64,000 nucleotides of DNA, from assembly GCA_963169195.1 (NCBI GenBank), contig CAUJDN010000132.1, positions 9,382-73,381 of the forward strand, written 5' to 3'. The translations under genes and the position numbers were made by a program. Below are positions 53,076 to 62,287 of this stretch, piece after piece. This DNA is from Acidobacteriota bacterium. Its GTDB lineage: Bacteria > Acidobacteriota > Vicinamibacteria > Vicinamibacterales > UBA2999. The first letter of the stretch is position 1. Each line of letters starts with the position of its first letter. The notes below the pieces were generated by a model, which saw only the letters and a program-made list of their open reading frames with translations, was not told the origin of the DNA and ran no database searches.

Positions 53076-54298
53076 TCACGACCCGGGACGTTCAGGCCCT
53101 CGAAGCTCGGCACGTGCTGCAGACCTACAAGCGGCAGCCGGTGGTGTTCGTCCGCGGCGACGGCACCCGGCTGTTCGACGCGGAGGGGCGCCGCTATCTC
53201 GACTTCCTCTCGGGCATCGGCGTCGTCGTGCTCGGGCACGGACACCCCGGTCTTGCCGCGGCGATCGCTGACCAGGCGACGACGCTCATCCAGACGTCGA
53301 ACCTGTACTTCCACCCGCTTCAGGGCCAGCTCGCCGCGAGGCTCGCGGCGCTGTCGGGCCTGCAGCGGGCGTTCTTCTGCAACAGCGGCACCGAGGCCGT
53401 GGAGGCCTGCCTGAAGTTCGCGCGGCGCTACTGGTTCTCGCAAGGCGTGAAGGACCGGACCGGGTTCGTCGCCCTCAGGCACGGGTTCTCCGGCCGCACG
53501 ATGGGTGCGCTCTCGGTGACGTCGAATCCCGGCTACCGCGAGCCCTTCGAGCCACTCATCCCCGGGGTGACGTTCGTGTCGCCGGACGACGTGGCGGCGC
53601 TGGAAGCAGCCGTCACGGAGCGCACGGCGGCCATCATCGCAGAGCCCATCCAGGGTGAGGGGGGCGTGCGGCCGCTCTCCCCCGGGTTTGCCGCCGCCAT
53701 CGAGCGGGTCACCGAGAACACCGGCACACTGCTCATCGCGGACGAGATCCAGTGCGGCCTGGGGCGCACCGGCAGCGCCTTCCACTACCAGTCGTTCGGC
53801 TGGTCGCCGGACCTGGTGACGGTCGGCAAGGCCATCGGCTCCGGCGTGCCCGTCGGAGCCGCGCTGGTGGCCGAGCGGGTCGCGGGGCGAATCTTCGCCG
53901 GCGATCACGGCACCACGTACGGCGGAAACCTCCTGGCCATGCGCTCGGCGCTCTACGTGCTCGAACAGCTGACCGGGACCTCCGAGGCGGTTCCCTACGC
54001 GGGTGGCGGCCTCATCGGCCACGTGCGCGAGGTCGGCGCCGCGTTCGGCGATCGGCTCGAGGCGCTGCGCGTCAAGCACCCCATCGTGCAGAGCGTGCGT
54101 GGCGCGGGCGTCATGCGCGGGCTCGAGCTCTCCATCGACGCACAGCCCGTTGTCGAGGGCGCCCTCGAGGCCGGGCTCATCGTCAACCGGACCGCCGAGC
54201 GGGTGGTGCGGATGCTGCCGCCGTTCACGGTGACCGTGGCGGAGCTGGACGAGGCGGTGGGCATTCTCGACCGGGTCCTCTCGGAGGCGCGGCCGTGA
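53072..54298 (+). CDS. argD: acetylornithine aminotransferase
   Basis: ATGA overlap with argB. FCNSGTEAVE, IADEIQCGLGRTG, TVGKAIG (PLP Lys). Confidence 0.9.
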   Translation: MITTRDVQALEARHVLQTYKRQPVVFVRGDGTRLFDAEGRRYLDFLSGIGVVVLGHGHPGLAAAIADQATTLIQTSNLYFHPLQGQLAARLAALSGLQRAFFCNSGTEAVEACLKFARRYWFSQGVKDRTGFVALRHGFSGRTMGALSVTSNPGYREPFEPLIPGVTFVSPDDVAALEAAVTERTAAIIAEPIQGEGGVRPLSPGFAAAIERVTENTGTLLIADEIQCGLGRTGSAFHYQSFGWSPDLVTVGKAIGSGVPVGAALVAERVAGRIFAGDHGTTYGGNLLAMRSALYVLEQLTGTSEAVPYAGGGLIGHVREVGAAFGDRLEALRVKHPIVQSVRGAGVMRGLELSIDAQPVVEGALEAGLIVNRTAERVVRMLPPFTVTVAELDEAVGILDRVLSEARP

Positions 54299-54310
54299 GG
54301 CGGGGGTCCC

Positions 54311-55519
54311 ATGCGCATTGACCGGATGGACGGGGGCGTGACCGCCCCGCAAGGCTTCCGCGCGGCTGGCCTGCACTGCGGCATCAAGGCCACCGGCAAG
54401 CCGGACCTGGCGCTGATCGTGTCGGATCTGCCGGCCAGCGCCGCCGGGCTCTTCACCGTGAACCTGGCGAAGGCCGCGCCCGTCCTGGTGAGCCAGGACC
54501 ATCTCGCGAGGAGCGGCGGGCAGGCCCGGGTCATCATCACCAACAGCGGGTGTGCCAATGCCTGCACGGGCCCGCAGGGCATGGCCGACGCACGCGAGAT
54601 GGCCATCCTGGCGGCGGAGGCGACGGGCTCCGCCGTGGACCAGGCGCTGGTCGCCTCGACCGGCGTCATCGGCGTCAACCTGAAGATGGATGCGATCCGC
54701 GCGGGCGTACGGAGCGCCGTCGCGGCGCTCAGCGCGACGGGCAGCGCGGACGCGGCACGCGCGATCATGACGACGGATCCGTTTCCGAAAGCCACGGCCG
54801 TGCAGGTCACGACCGACGTCGGCGCGTTCTGCGTGGGCGGCATGGCCAAGGGATCGGGCATGATCGAGCCGCGCATGGCCACCATGCTGGGCTACCTCAC
54901 GACCGATGCGGCGGTGGATCCGGCGACGCTGCACCGCGCGCTGTCGGACGCCTGCCGCCACACGTTCAACGCCATCACCGTGGACGGCGAGCCCTCCACC
55001 AACGACTGCGTCTTCGCGATGGCCAACGGCGCGAGCAGCGTGGTCATCGACGAAGGGCTGTATCCCGCGCTCGTCGAGGGCCTGCGCCAGGTGGCCCAGG
55101 ACCTGGCGCTCGGGATCGTCCGGGGCGGCGAGGGCGCCACGAAGCTCATCTCCATCACCGCGAGCGGCGCCGCCACCGAAGCCGACGCGTGGACGGCCGC
55201 GCGTGCCATCGCCAACTCGCTGCTGGTGAAGACCGCGGTCCACGGAGGCGATCCGAACTGGGGGAGGCTCGTCGCCGCGGCGGGACGATCGGGCGCCGCC
55301 TTCGCGCTCGAACGGGCACGTGTCCGGATCGGTCCCCTCGTGCTGTTCGAGGGAGGCCGCCCGTTCGATGAACGCGCCCCCCAGGCTGCCGCGTACCTCC
55401 AGGGCCGCGATCTCGAGATCGAGGTCGACCTCGGTACCGGGGGCACGTCCCGCGCGACGGTCTGGACCTGCGATCTCTCGGCCGAGTACGTGAAGATCAA
55501 CGCGGAGTACCGCACGTAG
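54311..55519 (+). CDS. argJ: bifunctional ornithine acetyltransferase / N-acetylglutamate synthase
   Basis: 402 aa. GVTAPQGF, MAKGSGMIEPRMATMLGYLTTDA (autoprocessing ATML site), NAEYRT C-terminus. Confidence 0.9.
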   Translation: MRIDRMDGGVTAPQGFRAAGLHCGIKATGKPDLALIVSDLPASAAGLFTVNLAKAAPVLVSQDHLARSGGQARVIITNSGCANACTGPQGMADAREMAILAAEATGSAVDQALVASTGVIGVNLKMDAIRAGVRSAVAALSATGSADAARAIMTTDPFPKATAVQVTTDVGAFCVGGMAKGSGMIEPRMATMLGYLTTDAAVDPATLHRALSDACRHTFNAITVDGEPSTNDCVFAMANGASSVVIDEGLYPALVEGLRQVAQDLALGIVRGGEGATKLISITASGAATEADAWTAARAIANSLLVKTAVHGGDPNWGRLVAAAGRSGAAFALERARVRIGPLVLFEGGRPFDERAPQAAAYLQGRDLEIEVDLGTGGTSRATVWTCDLSAEYVKINAEYRT

Positions 55520-55523
55520 GTGT

Positions 55524-55644
55524 GGGGCACGCGGGTTCGAAGCACGCGGGTTCGAAGCACGCAGGTTCGAGGCACGCAGGTTCGAAGCACGCAGGTTCGA
55601 AGCACACAGGTTCGAAGCACACAGGTTCACGGCACGGCGGTTCA
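55524..55644. repeat. tandem array, 8 copies of a 15-nt unit GGTTCGAAGCAC(G/A)C(G/A)
   Basis: GTTCGAA recurs every 15 nt from 55535 to 55610, followed by two degenerate units. The array fills the whole argJ-stop to argF-start spacer. The last unit (GGTTCAATG) contains the argF ATG. Confidence 0.95.
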
Positions 55645-56574
55645 ATGACGCGCAACTTCCTGTCCATCCTCGATTTCACCCCGGTCGAGCTGCGCGAGAC
55701 CCTCGATCTGGCCATCAAGGTGAAGGCCGACCGCCACCTTGGGCCGAAGGCCCCGACGGCGCAGGCCCTGGCACGGAAGCACGTGGGGCTGCTCTTCGAG
55801 AAACCGTCGCTGCGCACGCGCGTCACCTTCACCATCGGCGTGCGGGAGCTCGGCGGCGACATCGTGGAGATCCCCGCGGACGTGATGCACGCCGATCGCG
55901 AGCCGCTGCACGACGTGGCCCGGAATCTCGAGCGCTGGGTCGATGCCGCCGTCATCCGCACGTTCGGCCAGGACCGGTTGCTCGAGATCACCGAGGCCAC
56001 GCCCGGTCTCTCGGTGATCAACGCGCTGTCGAACGAGGAGCACCCCTGCCAGGCGCTGGCGGATCTCCAGACGCTGGCCGAGCGGTGGAAGGGCGATCTC
56101 GAAGGTCGTCGCGTCGCGTTCGTCGGGGACGGCAACAACGTCTGCACCTCCCTCGTCCACGCCGCCATGATGCTCGGCATCTCGATGCACGTCGCCACGC
56201 CGAAGGAGTACGCGCTGCCGGACGAAGTGGTGGACCAGGCCGCGGCGATCTCCCAGCATGGGGCCGGCCTCACGGAGTTCACCGATCCGAAGGCGGCCGT
56301 GCGGGACGTCGACGCGGTCTACACGGACGTCTGGACGTCGATGGGCCAGGAGGTCGAGTACGCCGAGCGCAAGCGCAAGTTCTCGCGCTACCAGGTGAAT
56401 GACGCCCTGATGGGCCTGGCCAGGCCTGGCGCCCTCTTCATGCACTGCCTGCCCGCGCACCGGGGTGAAGAGGTCACCGACGAGGTGATCGAGTCGCCCG
56501 CCTCCGTCGTCTTCGACCAGGCCGAGAACCGTCTGCACGCGCAGAAGGCCATGCTGGTGACGATCCTCACCTAG
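55645..56574 (+). CDS. argF: ornithine carbamoyltransferase
   Basis: Internal ATG (MTRNFLSILDF...). SLRTR, HPCQALAD, DVWTSMG, HCLPAHRGEEV. Confidence 0.9.
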   Translation: MTRNFLSILDFTPVELRETLDLAIKVKADRHLGPKAPTAQALARKHVGLLFEKPSLRTRVTFTIGVRELGGDIVEIPADVMHADREPLHDVARNLERWVDAAVIRTFGQDRLLEITEATPGLSVINALSNEEHPCQALADLQTLAERWKGDLEGRRVAFVGDGNNVCTSLVHAAMMLGISMHVATPKEYALPDEVVDQAAAISQHGAGLTEFTDPKAAVRDVDAVYTDVWTSMGQEVEYAERKRKFSRYQVNDALMGLARPGALFMHCLPAHRGEEVTDEVIESPASVVFDQAENRLHAQKAMLVTILT

Positions 56575-57829
56575 CTACCGCTCTCGGCGCCCCCGCCACA
56601 CGGCGCGCACGGAGGAGCACCTGGATCTCGTCGGGCCGGTTGTTCTCGAAGGAGAGCCGCTGTCGTCCGTCCGCGTCCATCGAGATCGTTGCCGGAATCG
56701 AGCTCGCCACGACCGTCCAGCCCGCCGGGAGCACGACCGTGTTGCGCGGCCGGCCGAACGCACGGTCCCAGACCAGCTCATCCCCGTGCAGCTGATAGCG
56801 ACCGGCGTCGGTGTAGGTCTCCGAAATCCGGAGCCGCGTGGATTGCCCGGCCTCGATGGCAGGAAACGAGACGACGACCACTTCCCCATCGGCCGACACG
56901 GGCTCGCCGGCATCCAGCCCGCGCGCCTTCAACTCCGCGCCCTTCAGCGTCTCTACCTTCAGCGCGTCACCGGTGTCGAGATTCCGAGCCGACGGGTTCG
57001 AGACACGGCTGCCCGGCCGCACGACGTTGAAGTAGTGGGCAACGCCCGGCCGCGACTCGGTGTAGTCGTGGTAGAGGCTGAACGAGCTCGTCGCCGGGTC
57101 GTCCAGGAAATAGACGATCTCGCGATCCTGATGGGCGCGCTCCTGCAGCCGGGATGCCTGCGACGCGAGCCTCGTCATCGTCTCGGCGCCGCGCGTCGTC
57201 GGAAGCACCGGCGTGAACGATGCCAGGCCGGGCCGCGCCTTCACCACGAGCGGGGCGGCCGCCGCGCCGGTGTTCATGAAGCTGATCATCACCCGGCCAT
57301 CAGGTGTGGACCGCACCTGCGAGGGCACGTTGCAGCTCACGAGACGGTATCCAGCCGGCAGGACGATGCTGTTGCGGCGGATGCCGAGCGACCGGTCGAA
57401 GACGATGGTGTCGCCCTCGCGGTAGTAGCTCTTGTCGTCCTTGTAGGTCTTGTCGATGAGGACGCGGGCTTCGCCGTCCCTGGGCACCGGCCTCGCCAGG
57501 TGGACCTTGATCCACTCGGCGTCGAGATCGGCCGTTGGATGCCCCTCGGCCCGTGCCTGCGCCCCGGAGACGACCTCCCACTGGAGCGGTTGGCCCGTGG
57601 CCGAGTCGATGACGCGCTCGTCGGTGGCGACACTGCCCTTCCGGATCACGTTGAAGAAGTAGGGCGCCCCCGCAGTGGTGGCGGTCACCTCGTAGAGGAT
57701 CCGGAATCGCCCGGTCCCGGGCGCGAGCAGCTCATACCGGGTGTAATCGTCCTCCTGTGTCTGGCGGGTGGGCGCCTGCGCCCAGGCAGGCGCGGTCGCC
57801 AACAGGACGAGCAGCGCGGCCAGCTTCAT
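56567..57829 (-). CDS. secreted hypothetical protein built from two homologous ~190-aa modules
   Basis: Internal ATG (MKLAALLVLLATAPAWAQ signal peptide). The two halves align clearly: YFFNVIRKGS.../HYFNVVRPGS... and DTIVFDRSLGIRRNSIVLPAGY/DELVWDRAFGRPRNTVVLPAGW. Confidence 0.6.
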   Translation of the reverse strand: MKLAALLVLLATAPAWAQAPTRQTQEDDYTRYELLAPGTGRFRILYEVTATTAGAPYFFNVIRKGSVATDERVIDSATGQPLQWEVVSGAQARAEGHPTADLDAEWIKVHLARPVPRDGEARVLIDKTYKDDKSYYREGDTIVFDRSLGIRRNSIVLPAGYRLVSCNVPSQVRSTPDGRVMISFMNTGAAAAPLVVKARPGLASFTPVLPTTRGAETMTRLASQASRLQERAHQDREIVYFLDDPATSSFSLYHDYTESRPGVAHYFNVVRPGSRVSNPSARNLDTGDALKVETLKGAELKARGLDAGEPVSADGEVVVVSFPAIEAGQSTRLRISETYTDAGRYQLHGDELVWDRAFGRPRNTVVLPAGWTVVASSIPATISMDADGRQRLSFENNRPDEIQVLLRARRVAGAPRAVAR

Positions 57830-57849
57830 CGGGCGATGATAGCGCGGGC

Positions 57850-58239
57850 TCAGTAGACGAGCGCGCCCGTCGCCTTGATCTGCCAGCTGGACCCGGCCTG
57901 CTCGACAACGCCCTGTGCCGCCGCATTCCTCCCCTTCGCGGTCACCGGGAACACGATGACACCATCGTCGACCTTCAGGCGAAGAGTCGGCCCGCCGTCC
58001 TGCCCTTCCGGCGCCAGCGTCATCCAGCAACCTTCATGGGTACAGACGGCCGTGACCGTGCCTTCCACGCGAACGGTCCTGCCGGCAAAGTCGCCCGGCT
58101 TCTCGATGATCGATGCCAGGGGTGTCACCGTCTCGAGCGAGACCCCCTCGCCGTACTTCCGGGGTTCGGTCAGCGTGGCAGATCCGCTGGCGACCGTGCC
58201 AACGACCATCAGTGCGAGCGCGAAGCGAACGAGACGCAT
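57850..58239 (-). CDS. DUF4920-like small secreted protein
   Basis: 129 aa. Signal peptide, AAGGAG RBS, CTHEGCWM motif. Confidence 0.6.
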   Translation of the reverse strand: MRLVRFALALMVVGTVASGSATLTEPRKYGEGVSLETVTPLASIIEKPGDFAGRTVRVEGTVTAVCTHEGCWMTLAPEGQDGGPTLRLKVDDGVIVFPVTAKGRNAAAQGVVEQAGSSWQIKATGALVY

Positions 58240-58344
58240 GATGACTCCTTGTGCCGGCCGGGGCCGGCTGAATGCTCCGGCGCGCCGCGGCGGCGCGCCC
58301 GAACCGGGATCATACCAGCCCTGGCCGCCGGGACCAGCGGCCCG

Positions 58345-60879
58345 TCAGAACCGGTATCCGACGCGCAGTGAGACCGTGCGCGGCGCCGCCACTTCGATGG
58401 ACGAGCCCACGCTGGCGTTGACGAAGATCAGCTCGTCCAGCAGGTTGTCCACGTTGAGCGCCACCGAGGTCCGTTCGCCGAACCGGTAGAACAGGCCGGC
58501 ATCGACCCGGGTGAACGCCGGCAGCACCAGCGGGTCCGGCGCCGCGAACGTGCGCGCGCCATTGCTCCCGAGGCGCTCGGCCTGCCAGGCGATGCCGAGC
58601 GAGGCGCCCAGCCCGGTGAGAGGGCCGCGTGTCCGGGTGTAGCGCGACAGGACGCTCCACGACCAGACCGGCGACTTCTCCGCGCGCGACCCGGGAATCG
58701 CGAGCGTGGATGCCGCGCTGGCCGGCCCGGCCCCTGTGTAGATGGCATCCAGGTAACTGACCGAGCCCTGCAGCACGAGGCTCGGCACGGGGGTCACGTC
58801 GCCGCTCAGCTCGACGCCCCGGCTGCGCCGCGTGCCCGCGGCGATGAAATAGCGGTTGCCGTTGGGATTGAAATCGCCCGCACCCGACTGGACCAGCGCA
58901 TTGTCGATCTCGTTGTGGAACACTGCCAGGGCCCATGAAGCCCGGCGCAGGACGCCCTTGACACCCGCTTCCGCGTTGATGCCGCGGGACGCACGGAAGG
59001 TCCCCGCGATGCCGCTCGCGTTCTCAGCAGACGGGTCCACCGGGTTGTAGCTGGTCGAGTAACTCGCGTACACCGACGTGTCGGGCGTGGGACGGACGAC
59101 GATGGAGGCATTGGGCATTACGCCGCTCGAGCGGCTGGGTGCGGTCGTGGCCAGCCGGTCGGCCCCGTAGCCCATGCCCAGGGTGAACACCAGGCGGCCG
59201 TCAGCCACCGTGGTCTGGTTCTGGACGTAACTGGTCCAGTACGTCGCGTCGATTCGGGGACGGAAGGCGATGGCTGGGTAATTCGGCACGAGTGGCGCGG
59301 TCGCCACGCCGGTGTAGATGTCGATGGGCGACTGCGCGGCAGGGGCAGGCCCCTGCGGGGCGGTCTGGCGCGTGCCGGTCGCGCGTCCCGTGACGCCCGC
59401 CTGCACCAGCGACTGCCACTCACCGCCCGTCTTGAACTCGTAGACGCCGTTCGCATCGTAGTTGTGGTTCCTGCGCTCGGTGCTGCTGCGGGCGTGAGTG
59501 CGGAGCAGGACGCTCGACGAGGCGAGCAGCGCATTGTTCACGACGGGTGTGAACTGGTCGATCTCGGTGTCGTTGCCGACGAACCGGTACGCGGCCGAGT
59601 ACCGGAGGCGATCCGTGACGGCGCCGCGGAGCTCGGCGCCACCCTGGAGCACGTCGTCGACCCCGCCACCGGAGGAGAAGTTCACGGCGAGCGGCGAGAG
59701 ATCGGCGGTGTTGATCGGGCCGCTCACGCCGTCGCTGGTGGACAGCGACGTGGACGGCGACGCCACGAGTCCCCCGCCCTGCGGGCGGTCGAAGCGCGTC
59801 CACATCACGATGGGCGTCAGCATGTGCCGACCTGAGCGATCGAGCGCGACACGAATCGAGCCCGACACGTAGCGATTGCGATCGGTCACGCCGTTGGTGA
59901 AGTATTCCAGGTTCTCCGCGGTGACGAGCGCGCGGTAGGTGACGCGGCGTGTCCCGGGCACCGGGCCCGTGGAGTCGAAGTCGATCCCGCCCGATCCGCG
60001 GTCCCCCGCGCCGATGCCGCGCCCGGCATAGGTGCTCGTCCTCAGGTCCACGGTCGTCACCGGCGACGCCTGCGGCTTCTTCGTGACGAGGTTCACCATG
60101 CCGCCCGGCGATCCCGCGGAGCCGTACAGGATGCCGGCCGGACCGCGCAGGAACACCACGTCCTCGACACCGAACATCGACCCGCCGTACCGCCCGCCGG
60201 CGTTGAGACCCACGAAGCCATCCACCCGTGTGTCGTTCGGCCCCATCCGGTAGCCCCGCGAGTAGAAGTGGTAGCTGCCCGTCCGATACGAGTTGACGGA
60301 CATGCCGGGCACGTAGAGCAACGCGTCGCTCACGGACCGGAAGTTCTGCTCCTTGATGCGCTCGGCGCTGAAGATGGTCAGGCTGCGCGCGGTCTCGAGC
60401 AGCGGGGTCGGCAGCTTCAGGGCGGTGTCGTCCACCCGCGTCGCCGCGCCTTCGACTGTGATCCGCTCGGTGAACACCGCCGGCTGCAGGCCGACCGAGA
60501 GCCGTGAGTCACCGGTCGCCGCGACCGTCACCTCGCTCTGGAGGGCACCAAACCCCTGGCGCACGACGGTCACGACATACCGCGTCCCGGCCAGCCCGGT
60601 CGCACGGTAGACCCCTTCATCGGCCACCCAGGCGAGGTCGACGGGCGGGAGGCCGTCGGCCTGGGCCATGACCATCGCGCCCGCGACGGCCGCGCCTGTC
60701 GGGTCGGTGACCTGTACCGTCAGGCGGCCCGCCCCGGGGTGCGCGGCCTCCTGCGCGAGGACGGGAGCACCCGCAGCGACCAGGGCAACGACCGCGGCGC
60801 GCGCGGCGAGGGCCAGAATCGGACGAAGACCGGGAAGAAGCGATCGGCGGGAAACGGTTACGAAGGAACGCACGCACAT
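58345..60879 (-). CDS. TonB-dependent receptor (siderophore-type) with CarboxypepD_reg-like N-terminal domain
   Basis: Internal ATG (MCVRSFVTVS...). GRLTVQVTDPTGAAVAGAMV. Plug motifs SVSDALLYVPGM and VVFLRGPAGILYGS. Canonical C-terminus ...LRVGYRF. Confidence 0.85.
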   Translation of the reverse strand: MCVRSFVTVSRRSLLPGLRPILALAARAAVVALVAAGAPVLAQEAAHPGAGRLTVQVTDPTGAAVAGAMVMAQADGLPPVDLAWVADEGVYRATGLAGTRYVVTVVRQGFGALQSEVTVAATGDSRLSVGLQPAVFTERITVEGAATRVDDTALKLPTPLLETARSLTIFSAERIKEQNFRSVSDALLYVPGMSVNSYRTGSYHFYSRGYRMGPNDTRVDGFVGLNAGGRYGGSMFGVEDVVFLRGPAGILYGSAGSPGGMVNLVTKKPQASPVTTVDLRTSTYAGRGIGAGDRGSGGIDFDSTGPVPGTRRVTYRALVTAENLEYFTNGVTDRNRYVSGSIRVALDRSGRHMLTPIVMWTRFDRPQGGGLVASPSTSLSTSDGVSGPINTADLSPLAVNFSSGGGVDDVLQGGAELRGAVTDRLRYSAAYRFVGNDTEIDQFTPVVNNALLASSSVLLRTHARSSTERRNHNYDANGVYEFKTGGEWQSLVQAGVTGRATGTRQTAPQGPAPAAQSPIDIYTGVATAPLVPNYPAIAFRPRIDATYWTSYVQNQTTVADGRLVFTLGMGYGADRLATTAPSRSSGVMPNASIVVRPTPDTSVYASYSTSYNPVDPSAENASGIAGTFRASRGINAEAGVKGVLRRASWALAVFHNEIDNALVQSGAGDFNPNGNRYFIAAGTRRSRGVELSGDVTPVPSLVLQGSVSYLDAIYTGAGPASAASTLAIPGSRAEKSPVWSWSVLSRYTRTRGPLTGLGASLGIAWQAERLGSNGARTFAAPDPLVLPAFTRVDAGLFYRFGERTSVALNVDNLLDELIFVNASVGSSIEVAAPRTVSLRVGYRF

Positions 60880-61000
60880 GATCGGAACCACGAACCTTTC
60901 TGACGCTGTGGCGTTGAGAGCGCAGGCGCTCTCGCAGGGAGCCACGACCGACCTCGGTGTCGTGGCCCGGAGATGGACGGACTCCGTGAGACGAGGTCGC

Positions 61001-62209
61001 TCACGCCACCTTCTGCGCGGACGCGGCCGTCGTCGGGCGCCGGGAGGTCCACGCGCGGAAACGGCGCCACGCCAGAGCCACTCCCGTCCACACGAGGACC
61101 ACCCCACCTGCCGAGACGATGCCGGCAATCGTCTGCCCGGTGAGCCCGTAGTACTCGCCCGTGTGGGCGAACCGGAACCACGAGCGCAGCCGGCGTCCGG
61201 CGCTCTGGTCCGCGAACGTCTCCCACTTCTCGACCGCGCCGCTGGCCTGGTTGATCGTGAGCGTGCCGCGCTTCTGCGGCTGCCCGCCGTAGCCTTCATC
61301 GATGGTGAACACGTACGGCTGCCCGGCCGCCTGCGGCAGTCGGATGGTCATCGCGCGCCACCCGGCGATCTGCCGGTCCGCCGTTGCGAAGCGCTGATCG
61401 AGACCCTCCAGCAAGAGCGGCGCGCGCGGCTCGCGGACGGTGTCACCGCCTCGCGCAGCACCGCGTGCTCCGGCCCGGGCGGGGCTGCCGGGACGTGGAG
61501 CGCCCGACGGCTGCGGCGGAGCCTCGCCCGCCAGTCGATACACGAGGTTGCTGGCCCACGGATACGAGATGGGCACGGCCCCGGCGACGACAATGGCGAG
61601 GGGCACGGCGGACCAGATGCCGATGACGTTGTGCCAGTTGAAGTCCCGCGCTTTCGACGTCAGGCCGCGCCGGAACCACAGGACGTTCCGGAACTGCAGG
61701 CGACTCCAGACACGTGGCACCCACAGGTAGATCCCGCTGAGGACGATGAACAGGAACGCAAGATTGGCAGCGCCCGTCACGGCCTTGCCGACCGGGCGGC
61801 TCGTCCCCTCGAGGGCCAGCCACCGGTGCCAGTTCGTCATGGTCCGGAAGAAGGTTCGAAGGTCCGCGGGTGGCGGACCGATGACGGCACCGGTGAAGGG
61901 CTCGACGAGCAACGGCCCGGCCCCATCCAGTGCCAGGGTGGCCGGCGCCGACGGGTCCGCGCGAAGCGTGAGCGTGGTCGGCACCGCCTCCGGCCTCGCC
62001 TCACGGACGCGCGCCAGCAGCGTCTCCGGCGAGAGTCGTGCGGTATCAGCCGAAGGCGGTGCCGACCACGCCCGGCGGTCGGCCCACTCGAGCATCTGCT
62101 TCTCGTAGGTGAGCGCCACGCCGGTGACGGACATAATGAGCACCACGACGCCGGCGAGCACGCCGGACACCAGGTGGAGCCAGAACAGGACGGAACGGAA
62201 TCGGGTCAT
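61001..62209 (-). CDS. PepSY-associated TM-helix protein (PiuB-like)
   Basis: Internal ATG (MTRFRSVLFWLHLVSGVLAG...). HRWL and FRFAHTGEYYG motifs. About four TM helices. Confidence 0.75.
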   Translation of the reverse strand: MTRFRSVLFWLHLVSGVLAGVVVLIMSVTGVALTYEKQMLEWADRRAWSAPPSADTARLSPETLLARVREARPEAVPTTLTLRADPSAPATLALDGAGPLLVEPFTGAVIGPPPADLRTFFRTMTNWHRWLALEGTSRPVGKAVTGAANLAFLFIVLSGIYLWVPRVWSRLQFRNVLWFRRGLTSKARDFNWHNVIGIWSAVPLAIVVAGAVPISYPWASNLVYRLAGEAPPQPSGAPRPGSPARAGARGAARGGDTVREPRAPLLLEGLDQRFATADRQIAGWRAMTIRLPQAAGQPYVFTIDEGYGGQPQKRGTLTINQASGAVEKWETFADQSAGRRLRSWFRFAHTGEYYGLTGQTIAGIVSAGGVVLVWTGVALAWRRFRAWTSRRPTTAASAQKVA

Positions 62210-62287
62210 GGCCGGTTGAAGTTGAGACCGAATCTCAACTTGTCCCCACGAGCCTAATCCCGACCAAAACAGTCGGTCAAGCACAAA

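Noticed and set aside
55522-55644. (HAGSK)n N-terminal extension of ArgF from the ORF-track start at 55522
   Set aside because: It is encoded entirely by the 15-nt repeat. OTCase similarity starts at MTRNFLSILDF (ATG 55645).
52229-55645. 1138-aa minus-strand ORF
   Set aside because: It is antisense to argB-argD-argJ, all of which have unmistakable family motifs on the plus strand. It is a GC-driven open frame.
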